From the NCBI GenBank assembly GCA_000320545.1, contig ADNK01000770.1, positions 45,030-109,029 on the forward strand: a stretch of 64,000 nucleotides of DNA. Reading direction: 5' to 3'. Position numbers and translations under genes: made by a program. This document shows positions 50,900-64,000 of this stretch, in pieces. The stretch's first letter is position 1. Every line of letters starts with the position of its first letter. Source of the DNA: Bigelowiella natans CCMP2755. Taxonomy: Eukaryota; Protista; Cercozoa. Under the pieces are notes generated by a model that searched no databases, had not been told where the DNA came from, and was given only the letters and a program-made list of their open reading frames with translations.

Positions 50900-52849
50900 A
50901 TGGTGATGAGACCCTTCTTCCTTTTTCCTTTTTTGGAGTATCGATAGGTATTTGAGTTTATTGGTCTTCGCAGAAATTGGCGTTAGCTTTAGCAGTCCTC
51001 GCTGGCGTCACCCTGGGGGCGTGGCGAGAACAACAATCTCTCGAAGGAGAATTCGAGCAGCCAGTTAACAAATACGTCATAGTGAGCATGCACAGATCTG
51101 GATCTACCTGGCTGAGTAATATCCTAATGAATAATTTTGGAACATATAGTAGAATTAGACATCACCGGATAAGCTGAGGTTTACTTCTTCGTCTTCTTAT
51201 TCATCGCAGGTTCCATTATGGGATCGCATCCACAGATCGACACTTTCTACGAGATTATCTATGTCAAGAGACTCCGCCATGTTGCTATGACTAAAGTTCA
51301 AAATGAGCACATCACCAGGTGTAATCAAATCAATCATGGTTCGTAAAATATGAAATGATGTTAATAGACTTGACTATGTTCAGTTCAAATTAGAGATGGT
51401 CTTCTGGTCAGTGCGTTACTTACACATATCCTACTATTTCCCCATCTACAGCTTCTTGAACAGCACAACCGATGACATGCCGATTGATGAGTTTTGGCAT
51501 CCGAGATATGAGGAGTTCCTTGACATCATGTTCGAAAAGCCTGCAGACGAAAATGTAATAGCCGTAGTGTCAGTTATGTAGTTTCTAGATCATGTTGTTT
51601 TCTTCCCTGACATTCGTGCGGATGATAGATCAAGGCAACGGGATTTAAATCGCTCCTAGGTCAAGGGTCAGAAGCTGACAAGGCAGTTGACTATTTTAAC
51701 AAGAACAACGTGCGCGTCATTGTCCTTCGTAAGCTACTATTAAACATCATCCAGCACCGTTGTCCAACCATCAAAATTGATAATTGGATTGATACAATAG
51801 TTCGCGAGAACGCTCTTCGACGGGCTATTTCTAGTTGGCATCAGAACTGTGGTTCGGATGAATTGTACAATGTTAAGAACGAGGTTGGTCACATTCTGTG
51901 CTCATACTAAATCTGAAAAGATGAGGACGTAGGTGTGTATGTGTGTGTGGGTGTAAATATCATGATGATGATGATAAAAACTATCCACAGGACGATTTGA
52001 AGAAAATGGGTGGTGCTGCCGACGTACCTGCTACTTTCATCGCTGCACAGATGCGCAAGTAAGGAGATGACGTATATAGTGTAGCATATAAATTGTATAG
52101 ATGAAAAGATGGCTGGACTTTGCAAGCAAGCTCACTCATTCAATTCTTAGATTCAACTCGCTAAAGAAACAGCTCCTCTCTATTCACGCAAGAGTCAACA
52201 ATTCTCTCCTCCTCAAGTATGAGGTAGATACAGAAGAGCAAGCATAAGAGCTGAAACGCCGTCAGAGTAGCTGTTGAATACTACTACTACTACTACTACT
52301 ACAAACTATTAACTACTAACGACTAACGACAAACTACTAACTACTATAGGAACTAGCTGCAGCACCGAATATGTTCTTAGATACTATCCAGGACTTCGTT
52401 GGTGTCGATAGAATGACTGACCAAATGTCTGTTGGACTCTTCAAAAAGTTGCATGAAGGTGGTTTGCGAACGAATAGTGTTTGGCTATGAAGATGGCCTT
52501 TTTTAGAATTCGTCGTTTCTGTTGGTTATGAATGCAGCAGCAAGCATTGGTGTGATCATCATCGTCGTCATCATGATCATCATCATATTCAGGACCTATT
52601 GGTGAGCTGGTATCTGACTGGGACACAAAAAAGAAGCAAATCAGAGCGAATACTATATATGGGGATATGATTGACGAGTTAGAGCAGATGGGTCAGATGG
52701 CGTCTGAACTCCTTAAAGGGAATATGGAAAAGGACGAATCTGGAGATATCATCATCGCAGATGAGAAATCTCCATCGATGCTGCTTGAAGTTAAATCTAA
52801 GGATGGCTACTGTGAGCCTAAAAATTGGCCGAAGCCAGAAAACTTCTGA
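50900..52849 (+). CDS. Secretory NodH/Stf0-like sulfotransferase, multi-exon
   Basis: ATG-only first coding exon, then KLALALAVLAGVTLG signal; SMHRSGSTWL.SIMGSHP, ATGFKSLLGQG, RENALRRAIS. Confidence 0.85.
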
Positions 52850-53040
52850 ACGGAGATTTGTATAGCACAGTGAGGAAACATATACATATGTGGTAATTGA
52901 GAAGTATCAGTACATCGATCGATTTCCGTTTAAAAATTTGCAACGCAGCTAAAGGACGATCGTGGACAATTAGTATATAGATGCTGAGATTCTTCCGCGA
53001 ATTGTTATATTGTTTGAGTTGATTAAAACACTCAGCTTGC

Positions 53041-53146
53041 CATGGAAATTATTGCAACGTGCATTTTGTCATCTTAACTATCCCCATGCTAGACATGGAA
53101 ACTATTGCAACGTGCATTTTGTTATCTTAACTATCCCCATGTTAGA
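53041..53146. repeat. 53-bp tandem duplication (3 mismatches)
   Basis: 53041-53093 versus 53094-53146. Confidence 0.9.
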
Positions 53147-53875
53147 CCGCTAACAGCATTGCCGTTGAAAGTAAGTTGCTCTAGCAACACGCCGTTCATG
53201 AAAGCAGCTAGCCACATAGAAATGTTAGAGTCATTGTGAAAGCGAACAACATGCATTACATACATGTCGATGTGAATAGCAACAGTGAGATGCTATGTTC
53301 ACAAACATGTGAAACTTCCCAGCCATGGCTGGCCGAATCAACGATGGTTAGCAGTCCTTTGAATCTTAGATTTATCCCGGTGTTGCTTCGAATGCACAGC
53401 TTTAACTTCTTTTTTATAATGGGGCAATGCAACGTACCACCACACAAATATCTAGATGTGCAGCTCCAAGTAGATAGTTACGCATCACACGAGTGATGTG
53501 CAATTTTCACGCTGCAACGTCGCCACAACATGTCATCATGCCTGCTTGGAGAAAATTAAATGGATGTTTAATGAATCATCATAATGATTTCTGTACACAT
53601 GATGGAAAGTGCGTACATATTGCACATTTAAGTGCGATGCTTTTATTTCTAAGTCATCACAGGTATTGTTCTTATACATCTAAGCTTCAGATTCAAACTG
53701 GAAAAGTCTTCGTCCCGAAGCAGTCAAAGTTAGATGTAGCAGGAGCATTGAATCCGCTTGATAGGTTTAAATTACTATCGCCATAAATAGAAGCTCGTAA
53801 CTGCACAGAAATTTTAGCACAGCGGAGACGATCTAACTAGATTATTGCACTAGAAGCTGCATCTATCTTTTACAC

Positions 53876-54866
53876 CTATTGTGTTGTTGGATCTTGCTCA
53901 AATCTGAATTTATTATCTTCTGAATCGTAGAAACATTCAGAATAGTCTTCCTTCAAAGCAAAGAATTCCTCATTGTGAGACTTGAAGAAGTCCAAGACAT
54001 CTGCCGCTATGTGAGGTGCACTATAGACTCCAACATTTGCTTTTGGCAACCTCGAAAATTCTTTCTTCTGTGGCAGCCCCAAATGAGCCGCAATGACGTC
54101 CATGACGCCTTGGGGATTTTGTTTTAGTTGCTGGAAGCTCATGAAAAGAAATTGAGAAGGCTTGAAATGTTTCATCCAGTGCTTAATTTGTACGTCATAT
54201 AGAGATGCCTCAAGGGGAGTGCAATACGTTTGTGGCAGATCTCCATCTTTTGTTATACTGAGTCTCTCCTCCCATACGGAGAAGCCTTCTTCCACAATAT
54301 TTTCCCACGTCTTGTTGATATATTCCGACCAAGAATTACGGACACCATGCTCATAGTTAGAGACTGCACGAGAGACCGGATTACGGAAGATTGCGACAAA
54401 CTTTATCTTGTTAGGATCGAGGTCGAGCTTTTCGTAGACCTCCCTCATGACTTTTGGTATGGAGGTGTCGCAAAGATAGTTCGGAGTTCCATCGATAAGA
54501 ATCGAGTTTGCATTACAGCGTTCATAATGCTTCGAATAAGTTCCTAAGTTTTTCATTACGTCAGCTGTAGTCGTGAAGTGATCAAAAAAGTGTTTTTCCT
54601 GATCATAGATTGTGTTAATCAGAATTTTGAAACAAGATGAACGTACTTGTCATTACCTTCTTGAAAAAGAAAGCCTCGTTCCCAATTGCTTTTCCGGGGC
54701 ACAGTTGCTCTGCTGGCCAATGTTCAAGATTGTCGAAGATTGATGTACTACCACATTTTTGACCTCCAAGCAAATATGCAGTAGGCATACGAATCTCCTC
54801 CTTTTAATGTAACAGTATGCACCAAATCAATCTTATTTCTTGATGCATTTTCATTTATGCACACAC

Positions 54867-54930
<64 letters not shown>

Positions 54931-55190
54931 AAATAGAAACAGACAGAGTTAACATATGTGTTTACACACGCGCGCGCGCTCCATGGTTCGTAAACTATCA
55001 CTTATCAGTTAAAAAACACTCCTACTTTCAGAAACACCTTTCCATCACAAGCTCCATAATTATACCATTAGGATTATTGGTTTGATGAGCCCCGCACGAG
55101 ACTAGTTTCTACCTTGATATTTTCCGGGGCGAGGACCCCTCCCTGCCAAACTGCCGTCGCAATAGGGAGGGCTAGCAAGAGGTGCATCAT
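53876..55190 (-). CDS. Secretory sulfotransferase, heparan-sulfate 3-O/N-sulfotransferase-like fold, ~314 aa
   Basis: Exons 55190-55113, 54800-54657, 54598-53876 in frame; LLGGQKCGSTS, KEKHFFD, DGTPNY, FRNPVSRAVS, SLYDVQIKHWMKHF. Confidence 0.9.
54871..54929. repeat. (GA)n microsatellite, intronic; one of many intronic SSRs
   Basis: About 29 GA units; similar (CTA)n, (CAT)n, (CA)n and (TA)n tracts fill many introns. Confidence 0.95.
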
Positions 55191-55694
55191 TGTTATTGAG
55201 TGCAGAATAGTAAGGCACGTTCCGCTGGGGAAAAGTGAACATTTCCTGGATTTCGATAGAGGTTTAATACCCGCGACAATCTATTTATAGTTGTCGCAAG
55301 GTCAAATATCGATTACATTCGTTCTTCTTTCTGGCGGAACAAGATGTGTTGGTATTCCACGGTGGTATTTTGAAGTCTTGTCGGAGTTAACATCTATTTT
55401 TAGATCTAGATCTAGGGCGTGCACGCAGCGCACCATCAATAACCGATATTTTATTTTTATTTTTTATTTTTTGTCATTTTATTTATTTATTCGTGTTTAT
55501 CATTATTTGAGCACACATATCTAGATTACACCGCTCTCTGCCAGCCTCTGTTACTCTGCCACAACTACGAGTGCTTACTCACCTCCTCCTCCTCCTCTTC
55601 CACCACCACCTCCAAATAATAGTAGTAGTTGTCGTCGTCGTAGTAGTAGTTCCGTCTACACTGCGCTAGAGCAGGACAAGGAGAGAAAGCCATA

Positions 55695-56420
55695 ATGGGA
55701 AGTTTTTTGTCCACCTGCAGGAAGCGAGATGCGAAGGGCTCGGTAATGTTGATTTCCATCAATTTCGGAATTTTAGCCTACGATGGGCACAAGTTTCTAT
55801 GCAGCGAGCGAGCATTTGACGCATATTCTTCGATGTTAGATGAACATACCAACGATCGCCGAACTGGCATCTTCCGAGCCTGAGGTCGTAAAGTACTGCA
55901 TCGAGCGACAGCGCAAGACCATGTGGGTTGAAGGAGATTATGACGCATGCGGAGGTAACCACCTGAAACACGATCACTTAAGACGTATCATCTCCAAATT
56001 GAATTCGCGCAGCAAAGATTGACCTACAAGGCTAATTCAACTTCGCAATGAGAGAGATCATATCATCAGATAATTTGTTGAAAATGAAGTAAGTGATTTA
56101 TGTAGACAAGAAGGTCTTGAACGAAGACGTCGACATCCTAAAAATCCCTTCGAAGGTAGGATGATAGCGTGAAACGGGGTGGCGTGTCCTACCACCAAGC
56201 ACCATCCGAAAGTATGTATGTATTTATGTATGTATTCATCTTGTTTTGAGGGTGTATGTATGTAAGTATGCGTTGTTGCAAAGATATTTTCTTTGCCTTT
56301 GAAATTATCGTAAAGTACAGAATTCTGAGACAACAGCCGAAAATTACCACACAGCATCAAACTGGGGGGGGTGTTAGCTGCCAGTCTGAAAAGAGGAACA
56401 CACACACACACACACACACG

Positions 56421-56470
<50 letters not shown>

Positions 56471-56906
56471 ACCTCCTCAGGAAAGCGGCTTCAAAACTTG
56501 GAAAAGAAATGGCGAAAGCGCTGAGAGGGGTATAGCAGAATGGATCCTGCCTAAGGGCTATCAGCATAAACACGACGCTCCTAGGTTGGTTCTCACACTC
56601 ATGAATTTGACAATGAATATGATATTGGCTGCGGTCATTATTATCGTTATCGTCGTCGTCATCATCATCGTCATCAGCATCATCATAATTGGATTCTATT
56701 AATGCTCAGGATGCTGTTCCTTCACGGGGGGGCATATGCATGGTACGATCCTGAGTTTTACAGGCCTTTCACATCGAGGCTGTGCGAGGGTAAATAATAG
56801 GAGTAGTGGGAGAGGAGGGGAAAGAGGGGAATCCTACCGTCGTACCTGCGGGGCCGACTTCATATCTCTTATACCACTCTTCATGCCATCACACACACAC
56901 ACACAC

Positions 56907-56946
<40 letters not shown>

Positions 56947-58296
56947 AATATTGTATATATGTATATATAATATAGCTTACTTTATCCATCGAGAATAAAT
57001 TTTCAAACCTTTTAGTTGTCGTATTGAGAAGGGGGCGAAGGGGAGGGAGGGCGGTGATTAGAACAAAGATCACCGTGACCGTTGCTCCCACTGAGTGTTG
57101 CACCTTGGTTCTTCTTACTCGCACAGTTCTACAGATGGCGATTCTTGTGATTGACTATAGGCTTGTGCCAGAGCATCCGTAAGAAGAAGAAATGCAATCA
57201 TACTCATAATAAAGCATCATCGCAAATAAGTAGGATGACGACGAACAAGTCAATGTGTATGCTGCTGCTGCTGCATTATGTGTTGTTTCTTGTGTGCCTC
57301 TCTCCCCATGGCTGCTGCTACCATATTAGGTACCCCGCCGCCGTGGATGACACCGTCGAGGCTTGCCACTATGTTCGTCCATATTATGTCGTATATATTA
57401 TGTATCTTGAGCGAGTAGTGTGTGCTGGTAGTGTAAGCAAACACCTAGTCCACTTGAAGCAGCAGCACTACTCTCCTCCTCACTTGCTTACATATTCTTC
57501 TTCTCTTCCTTCTATCCAAATACAATATTAGATTGCGAGATTCGGGCCAAATAGGGAAGAAGCTAAGGATGATGACACCAGCAACAACGAAGAGAAACAC
57601 AAAAATGGAGGGAGGGGTGGGAAGAGGCCATTGTATCCCTTCTACGTCATGGGAGATTCTTCAGGAGGAGGTAGGTGGTGAATGCGAACCATGAGAGAAC
57701 AAAATAGAAGGCGTATGAGGACGAGGAGGAGGAGGACAATTATAAGCATCTTTCCTAGAAAGCAACAGGAAACTACTACCTTCTTTCTTCTTCCTTCTCC
57801 TCCCCTCCTCCTCGTCATTACTTTCCCCTTCCGTTGCCTCCCACTAACTGACTAATCCCCCTCCCCCCTCCTCTTCGTAGGTTTAGTGTATTCCGGGATG
57901 ATGAAGCTGAGAGAATCAGAGGAAGGAAAAAGGCTCCTCAAAGGTAGCAGCAAGTAGGATAATATGTGTATGGGAGAGAGGGGCGTGTATATCGCCACCA
58001 CCTCCTTATCGATTAACGTTGAATCATAACATGCAACATAAAGAGAAGAAAAAGAAGAAAAAGAAAGAAAATGCCCAATATTTCGAGGGGTAGGCTGCCA
58101 CAGCTGCTGCAAAGGAGGGAATCGTTGTTGTTGTTGTTGTCTACCTACACTGCCCTGCGATCTCTATCTCTTCTTCTTATTGAACTACTAAATGGTGATG
58201 GATAATTATAACGGCTGTTATTTGTAGAGGCTATTTCTGGCGTTATCACCGTGTCTCCATGGCTCGATAGTAATCACTCTCACCACACCACATATA

Positions 58297-58327
<31 letters not shown>

Positions 58328-58377
58328 CAACAAAAAAGAGAATACTCTTCATATTGGACGATGTTGCAATATCGTGG

Positions 58378-58414
<37 letters not shown>

Positions 58415-58747
58415 AAATGTAAGTAGTAGCATGTACCATCAATGATCAAACCATGTCACCGTTATTTAAACACAAGGAGGGGGTTGGGGGGGTAGGGAGG
58501 GTACTACTACACACACCAGCACAATCATCTTTGAAAATATGGAAGAAGAGAAACTTCTTCAAACACACATCTACCCATCGTTACCACCACCACCACCCTT
58601 TCTTACCCCTCGTCCTTCAGTGACATGTAGCTGCGAGTCATGGAAGACAAAACAATGGAATGCTGAAAGGCTCACTGGCGATGTTCAATTCTCCCATGGG
58701 ACAAGCACGCAAAAGGATCAGGAAGACACGATAAAGATGGCTCTTAG

Positions 58748-58781
<34 letters not shown>

Positions 58782-59128
58782 CTATAGCAGTGATAATGCG
58801 AGGAACAACAGTGTCGAGCTCAACAACTACAAGTCAGTTATTATGTGTGCACAGCTGCTGCATACTATGCTCTACTGCGTTTGAGGGTTGATCTCTTCCT
58901 CCTTTGCAGATGTACAGCATCATGATGTTACTACGATGGTGCAATCATCTGAGCGTGCCAATCCAAGCATACTTTCCTTCGTCTAGATCCTCTTCAACAT
59001 TATCTTTTTTTTATGTGATCCTTCATAATTTGCTTTACCCCTCCTCCTCCTCCTCCTCCTCCTCCTCATCTACTTAATTTTCGTCTCACGTTGTTACTAT
59101 ACAATTGGTACTCTGTTACTGCAACTCT

Positions 59129-59160
<32 letters not shown>

Positions 59161-60251
59161 TTACCATGAAGATACATGGGTCGTAGTGAAATGAAGTTAG
59201 GAGGTCAAGATACAACCGTGCTTCTCCGTAATGCGTCTCCCTTCTTCGATAAGGTGGTGCGAGTGATTATATATTCGTAAATGTGCAACAGCAGCAGCAG
59301 CAGCAGCGGATGAAATGAAGAACCCACCTATACAGAGAATAACTCTTGGCAATTCCCTCCCTCTTCCTCTTCTTCCTCTTCTTCCTCTTGCTCCTCCTCT
59401 TGCTCCTCCTCCTCCTCCTCATCCTTCAACTTTTAATTTCCTCTCCCCTTCCTGCGTTGTTGAAGGATCTGAAGGACATGCCAAGAAGTCTCATTATGGT
59501 TGGTGACGAAGAGGTGTCCAGGGATGAATCTGTCGAATTCGCAAAGGTAGTCGTAGTGGTAGGTGTGCAGCAGGGAAGAGGATATATAGGAATCGATTAC
59601 ATGATTGCGATGAGGATGATGATACTGATGATGATTATGATGATGATGATGATGATGATGACGATATTTGGTTATGTGCTATTATTTAATAATTAAGAAA
59701 TAATATATGCATATATATATATATATATATATATAATATAAAACATTTCTTCTAGATAGATATTACTGGTTATATCAGAGAAATCGAGAAATTTGTAAGT
59801 GTATCCAGTGTCCATAATAAGCTTCTCTACTTGATCTACGTTTATTGCAGAGATTGGGTGACGCCGAAGTCGAAACACATCTTCGAGTGTATCCTCGGAT
59901 GTGGCACGTGTGGATGAATTACACAGAAGGTCTGCTACGCAACTACGAGACTATTAAATAAGTAAAATAAGCATAATTCACGCATTTATTTTATTATATT
60001 CCCTATTCACCAACACTCTCATCTTACTCAGCACGCCCTTTACCATCAATATATGAATTGTAAGGATGTGGGGGACCAGATGCGAAGCCCTGCTACGAGG
60101 CCCTGACCGGATATCTTTGCACCGCAGCATTTTGCAATGTCAAAAAAGCTCATGAGAAATCAAAATATTTGTCACGATTTAAATTATATCGATAAGAATT
60201 ACTACCACGTGCTAGCGTGGTTGTGTTGTCACCCAGGAGTACAAATGCTGA
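55695..60251 (+). CDS. HSL-family alpha/beta-hydrolase (esterase/lipase), multi-exon; 3' end approximate
   Basis: LFLHGGAY (~56714), IDYRL..EHP.PAAVDD, GDSSGG (57652-57669), VSPWLD, IMVGDEE..RDES, YPRMWHV; MGSFLSTC N-terminus suggests acylation. Confidence 0.88.
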
Positions 60252-60254
60252 AGG

Positions 60255-60295
<41 letters not shown>

Positions 60296-61651
60296 GGAGG
60301 GTTAGTTGAGAGGAAAGGGGTGTACAGTCATGGCTTGCACCATGCATGTGTTTGTACGGAAAACGCCAACATGTACTATGAACGCACCACATGTTAATTT
60401 CACATTACAATGCTTGGAACGATATGTGTGTCTGGCTTGTGACTCTTTGTGTGCCATGCTAGCATGCACACACGGAGAAGCAGATCGATACCAACGTGTA
60501 TTGAACATGTGATGTGCATGTGCACATGTTGATAATGTGCGTACATTCACGTGATACACACATAGATTCTCGATTGTGCATTGTAGGCGCACATGCAAGA
60601 AGATGTGATTGCAATAGCTGCGATGATATGAAGAGTAAGTCGAGTCCCTTTTTACACATAGTAGTGAAGAATACTTTTCGTGTGTAGATCAGGCGCCACC
60701 TAGAAATTATTCTAGACACTGTTCGTATAGACAGCAAGGCATGTATCGGCAAGTGCTGCATAGCAAATAGCAGCGGTATGAAGGCGTTTCTCACTCGAAA
60801 ACATTGCTCCAATCAGTTGAAACAGGCGCTGAAAAAGTAAAGCTAGAAAGCCACCTTCATGAAGTAAATATTTTTTCTATTATCATTGTATTACAGTCCC
60901 GGTATCACTCATCTTCTTAATCAAGATCCTCTTGCTTTGCACCTACTTCTATGCTTTCACACGAAAAGAAGTATTAGATGATGTACAAATCTCCATTCAG
61001 AAGTTTTCTGGCTTCGGCCAATTTTTAGGCTCACAGTAGCCATCCTTACATGTACGACAACGCTACGATAATAGCATCAGAGCTGCATAGAGCGTGGTTA
61101 GTAAATGAATAGCCTTTAATTTCAAATGAATGTACTGCTCATGGCTTATTTGCCTGCGCTGCGCTTCACTAGTACATAGTCTTGCGTATGCATGCATCGC
61201 ATGTGACGGTGTGGTATAGTGGCGATGAAGCTAGTCACGTACGACACACGCGCGCAGGTGCAGCACACGCAATCATGTGTCATGCTAGCATGCGAATCTA
61301 TATTCATTACGAGCTACATGTGTGCTCTAGACTGCTATGCACTAGATGCCATGCCACATGCACGCATGTAAAAGTGCGTATGTGCACATTCATGATCGAT
61401 CGATATATGCATACACATATGTGCATGTACATGCACATGCGTCGTAATGCATGTGTACGTACGTGTATGCACACACACACCCACACACGCACATGTCATG
61501 TATATGTGTCCTTGTGTCATAAGTGCGTGTACCTGTCGTAGCGATGCATGTTTCATTAGTGCTAGTTAATGTGAAGCTTAGGTTGCACAAGCACAGGTCG
61601 CGTACCTTACACCAACGAATTTATTAAAAATCAATATTGGTGCAGATGTGA

Positions 61652-62372
61652 CTAATTCTTTTTATTCTCTGACTTATACCAAGGCTCGCCTTTCCAGATA
61701 TCGTAAATCTCTTGTAGCATGTGCGTAAGGTAGAAGACACAGTGCAGTGGAAGCAGCCAAGGATATCGCCTTTGGAACAAAGCAACGTGCAGGACTACCA
61801 TTGCAACAACTTGGCCCAAGATCATTGGGTGTGGATACACGGAGTAAGGCCACTTCTTTACAAATCCATATTCTGCCTTCACAAAGCCCAGTTCAATGCC
61901 GAAGTATGTACCTTCAACCCCTAGCACCTTTGTCGCCATCGCAGAAACGTAGTATCCATAGGCAGCGATAAGGACAGCAGCAACCAATCCAACGTTCGAA
62001 ATATCTTCAGATATTGAAATAGAGGACGGTATCGTATACGGTGGGGTGTTAAATACAATGCTAGATCCCAAGATGCCGAGCTGAATAAGGGCGATAAGCT
62101 TGAAGGTAAAGGCGATTCTCTTAAAATCTTCGTATTTCTGACGATCTCCTTTTGGCCAGCGGCTGTAGTACCTGCATGAATAAACGAACGAGATGAACGC
62201 AATGCTCAATGACTCAAATAAATCACATATATTACGTGAACATGTAGAGGCCATAATGGACGAACGACGTAGCTTTTAGCATGAAGAGGTGGCTTTGAAG
62301 AGCAAGAGCCCCCAAAACACAAGAAACGATATAAGCCAAGGCCAGCGATATGCGCCAACTCATAATGACCAT
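61652..62372 (-). CDS. PEMT-domain (phospholipid N-methyltransferase-like) membrane protein
   Basis: Intron 62172-62235; TSFVHY, FKR, LGVEGTYFGIELG, WPYSVYPHPMILGQ; several hydrophobic segments. Confidence 0.75.
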
Positions 62373-63126
62373 CTGGGCACGGGCAAGATCCGGTGCGGAA
62401 GGCGCGAACTCGGCTGCGTTGGTGTGTTGTTGGGTTCAGTATGTCCCCGTGGTCCACCACTTTTCCTTTTAACTCAATCAGACAAGCAAAACAATTTGTC
62501 GCATCTTAAAATAGGATCCCTTTTCTCCTGAGTACTCGGATCCGAGCAGGCTGGGAATTTGCTGGGTAAATACAGTGGATTTTCTGCTGTGCGACATCAT
62601 TATTCAAAGTCGTAAGTTTAATTTTGCGATCTATCGTATTTTGCAATCGACCACCTCCTTTAGTTTCAACATCCGGGACGTACACGTATACACTCACACA
62701 CCAGACAAGTGAAAGCTGCGCTCACTGCGCATGCTGCCGACCTGAACGAACGTCGCATATGCTCTACCGTCGATTCAATGTGAACAGAAATACAGCAGGA
62801 ACTTCGATTAAATACTGCCATCGAAGTTTCTACTTCGGGGTGATTGTGTGTATCATCACGGCTATGAGCCTTTTTTCAACCACGGGCAACAACTCCAATA
62901 GTCCGAGGAAAGATTCGGCTCGTGAGCAGAGCCTGCTATGTTCCGGCGCGATAACAATGACGGTTTGAAGATAAACCATACCACCATTTTTACAGACGCA
63001 ATATGTTTTCCAAAGCAACTTAAATTAAGTTCGGAAACTCTTGGACGACGTCTGCGCTGCTCGTCCTTATGCCTCGATTCTAATGCGTAAATTTGATAAC
63101 TCATCCTGAAATGAATTTATCGCCAG

Positions 63127-63368
63127 AAACCTGATGGGAAACCAGTGAATGAAGAAGAAGCAAAGACAATCTCAGGCCAGTACCAGCAGCTTGGTGAGTG
63201 AGCACTATTAGATGATAGCAGTGCGTATGTATGATGTGACGTCATGACGGCTTCCCTTGTGCCGACAGAGGAAACGATACAGCGCTGTCAGTCAAGACTG
63301 GTAAAGCTTAACGATCAGATACTTGAGTTGAGGTAGCGGTATTCCCTCCAATGTATCCTCATCATTAC

Positions 63369-63401
<33 letters not shown>

Positions 63402-63782
63402 CATCATCGATTCAAAGCGCACGGAGAGTGAAAGAAAGTAACCAGCCCATTTGGAAATGAATGGCACCATTCTCTTAAAAATAAAAATAAAAATTCCACA
63501 GTATTTACAAAACTGCGAACTAATATTTAGACTCGCCCTAGAGGGAGTGAAGGGGCATCCTCACGATGCTCCTATATGTCTTCGGGAGGTTAGTGTATTT
63601 TTTTCAATTTTGGTGATCGATTGGAACAGCTTTACATTGGTAAAAGGGTCAGTTATTTCTTCGTCCCTCCTCCTCCTCCTCCTTCTATCCCTCTTCTTCT
63701 TTCTCTTCTTTAGTACAGTGGGGTGCTAATTCAACGGACGTGCGCAGAGGTGTTGGTAGAAGTTTCTAAGGAACTGGAGGAG
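63127..63782 (+). CDS. Prefoldin beta (subunit 2-like) protein, partial; start unresolved, probably runs off the window
   Basis: Exons YQQLEETIQRCQSRLVKLNDQILELR, LALEGVK and GVLIQRTCAEVL resemble prefoldin 'GGVLVERTV.EVL'. Confidence 0.5.
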
Positions 63783-64000
63783 GTATTGATGATGATAACG
63801 ATGATAACAAAGCCTAGGATACAGCATGTATACAGCATGCATACATCTCTCTTTCTTTGTCATCTCGTCCCATCTCTTATCTCTCAACCCTCCCCCCCCC
63901 CCCCAAACCCTGATTTTAATTCTTTTGGGACTGTGCGGTGAGTATCAAAGTACTTTTTCTTTAAAAGTGAATCCATCCCCGGCTCCGAAGGTGTTGGGTG

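Noticed and set aside
55695-60251. Esterase as a member of the sulfated-glycan cluster
   Set aside because: No signal peptide (acylation-type N-terminus), so probably a different compartment; adjacency alone is insufficient
61652-62372. Functional link between the PEMT-like gene and GmaS via methylated amines
   Set aside because: About 40 kb apart with unrelated genes between; no sequence evidence of linkage

Overview
Intron-rich eukaryotic nuclear DNA, most likely a chlorarachniophyte alga (inference from a ubiquitin-actin fusion relic, bipartite signal+transit plastid leaders and an RLRGG leader motif). The left end holds an apparently intact, recent Ty3/Gypsy LTR retrotransposon (1489-7204) with identical 326-bp LTRs, a CAAA TSD, a central PPT copy and a degenerate Dam/DIRS-type adenine-methyltransferase-like domain after the integrase. 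It sits in a TpA-depleted, CA/TG-rich patch. About 16 spliced genes follow, reconstructed by hand from GT-AG exons: D27-like isomerase, a ~1980-aa Ala-rich helical-repeat protein, C8orf82-like, a bacterial-type GmaS/GlnT with 11 introns, GmhB-family phosphatase, a Cys/His-rich protein, plastid trigger factor, NDUFAF6, a GT8-sulfotransferase fusion plus two more sulfotransferases, an HSL esterase, a PEMT-like protein, a prefoldin-like fragment and two hypothetical genes. Every gene is on the opposite strand from its neighbour. All family calls come from motif recognition without database searches.
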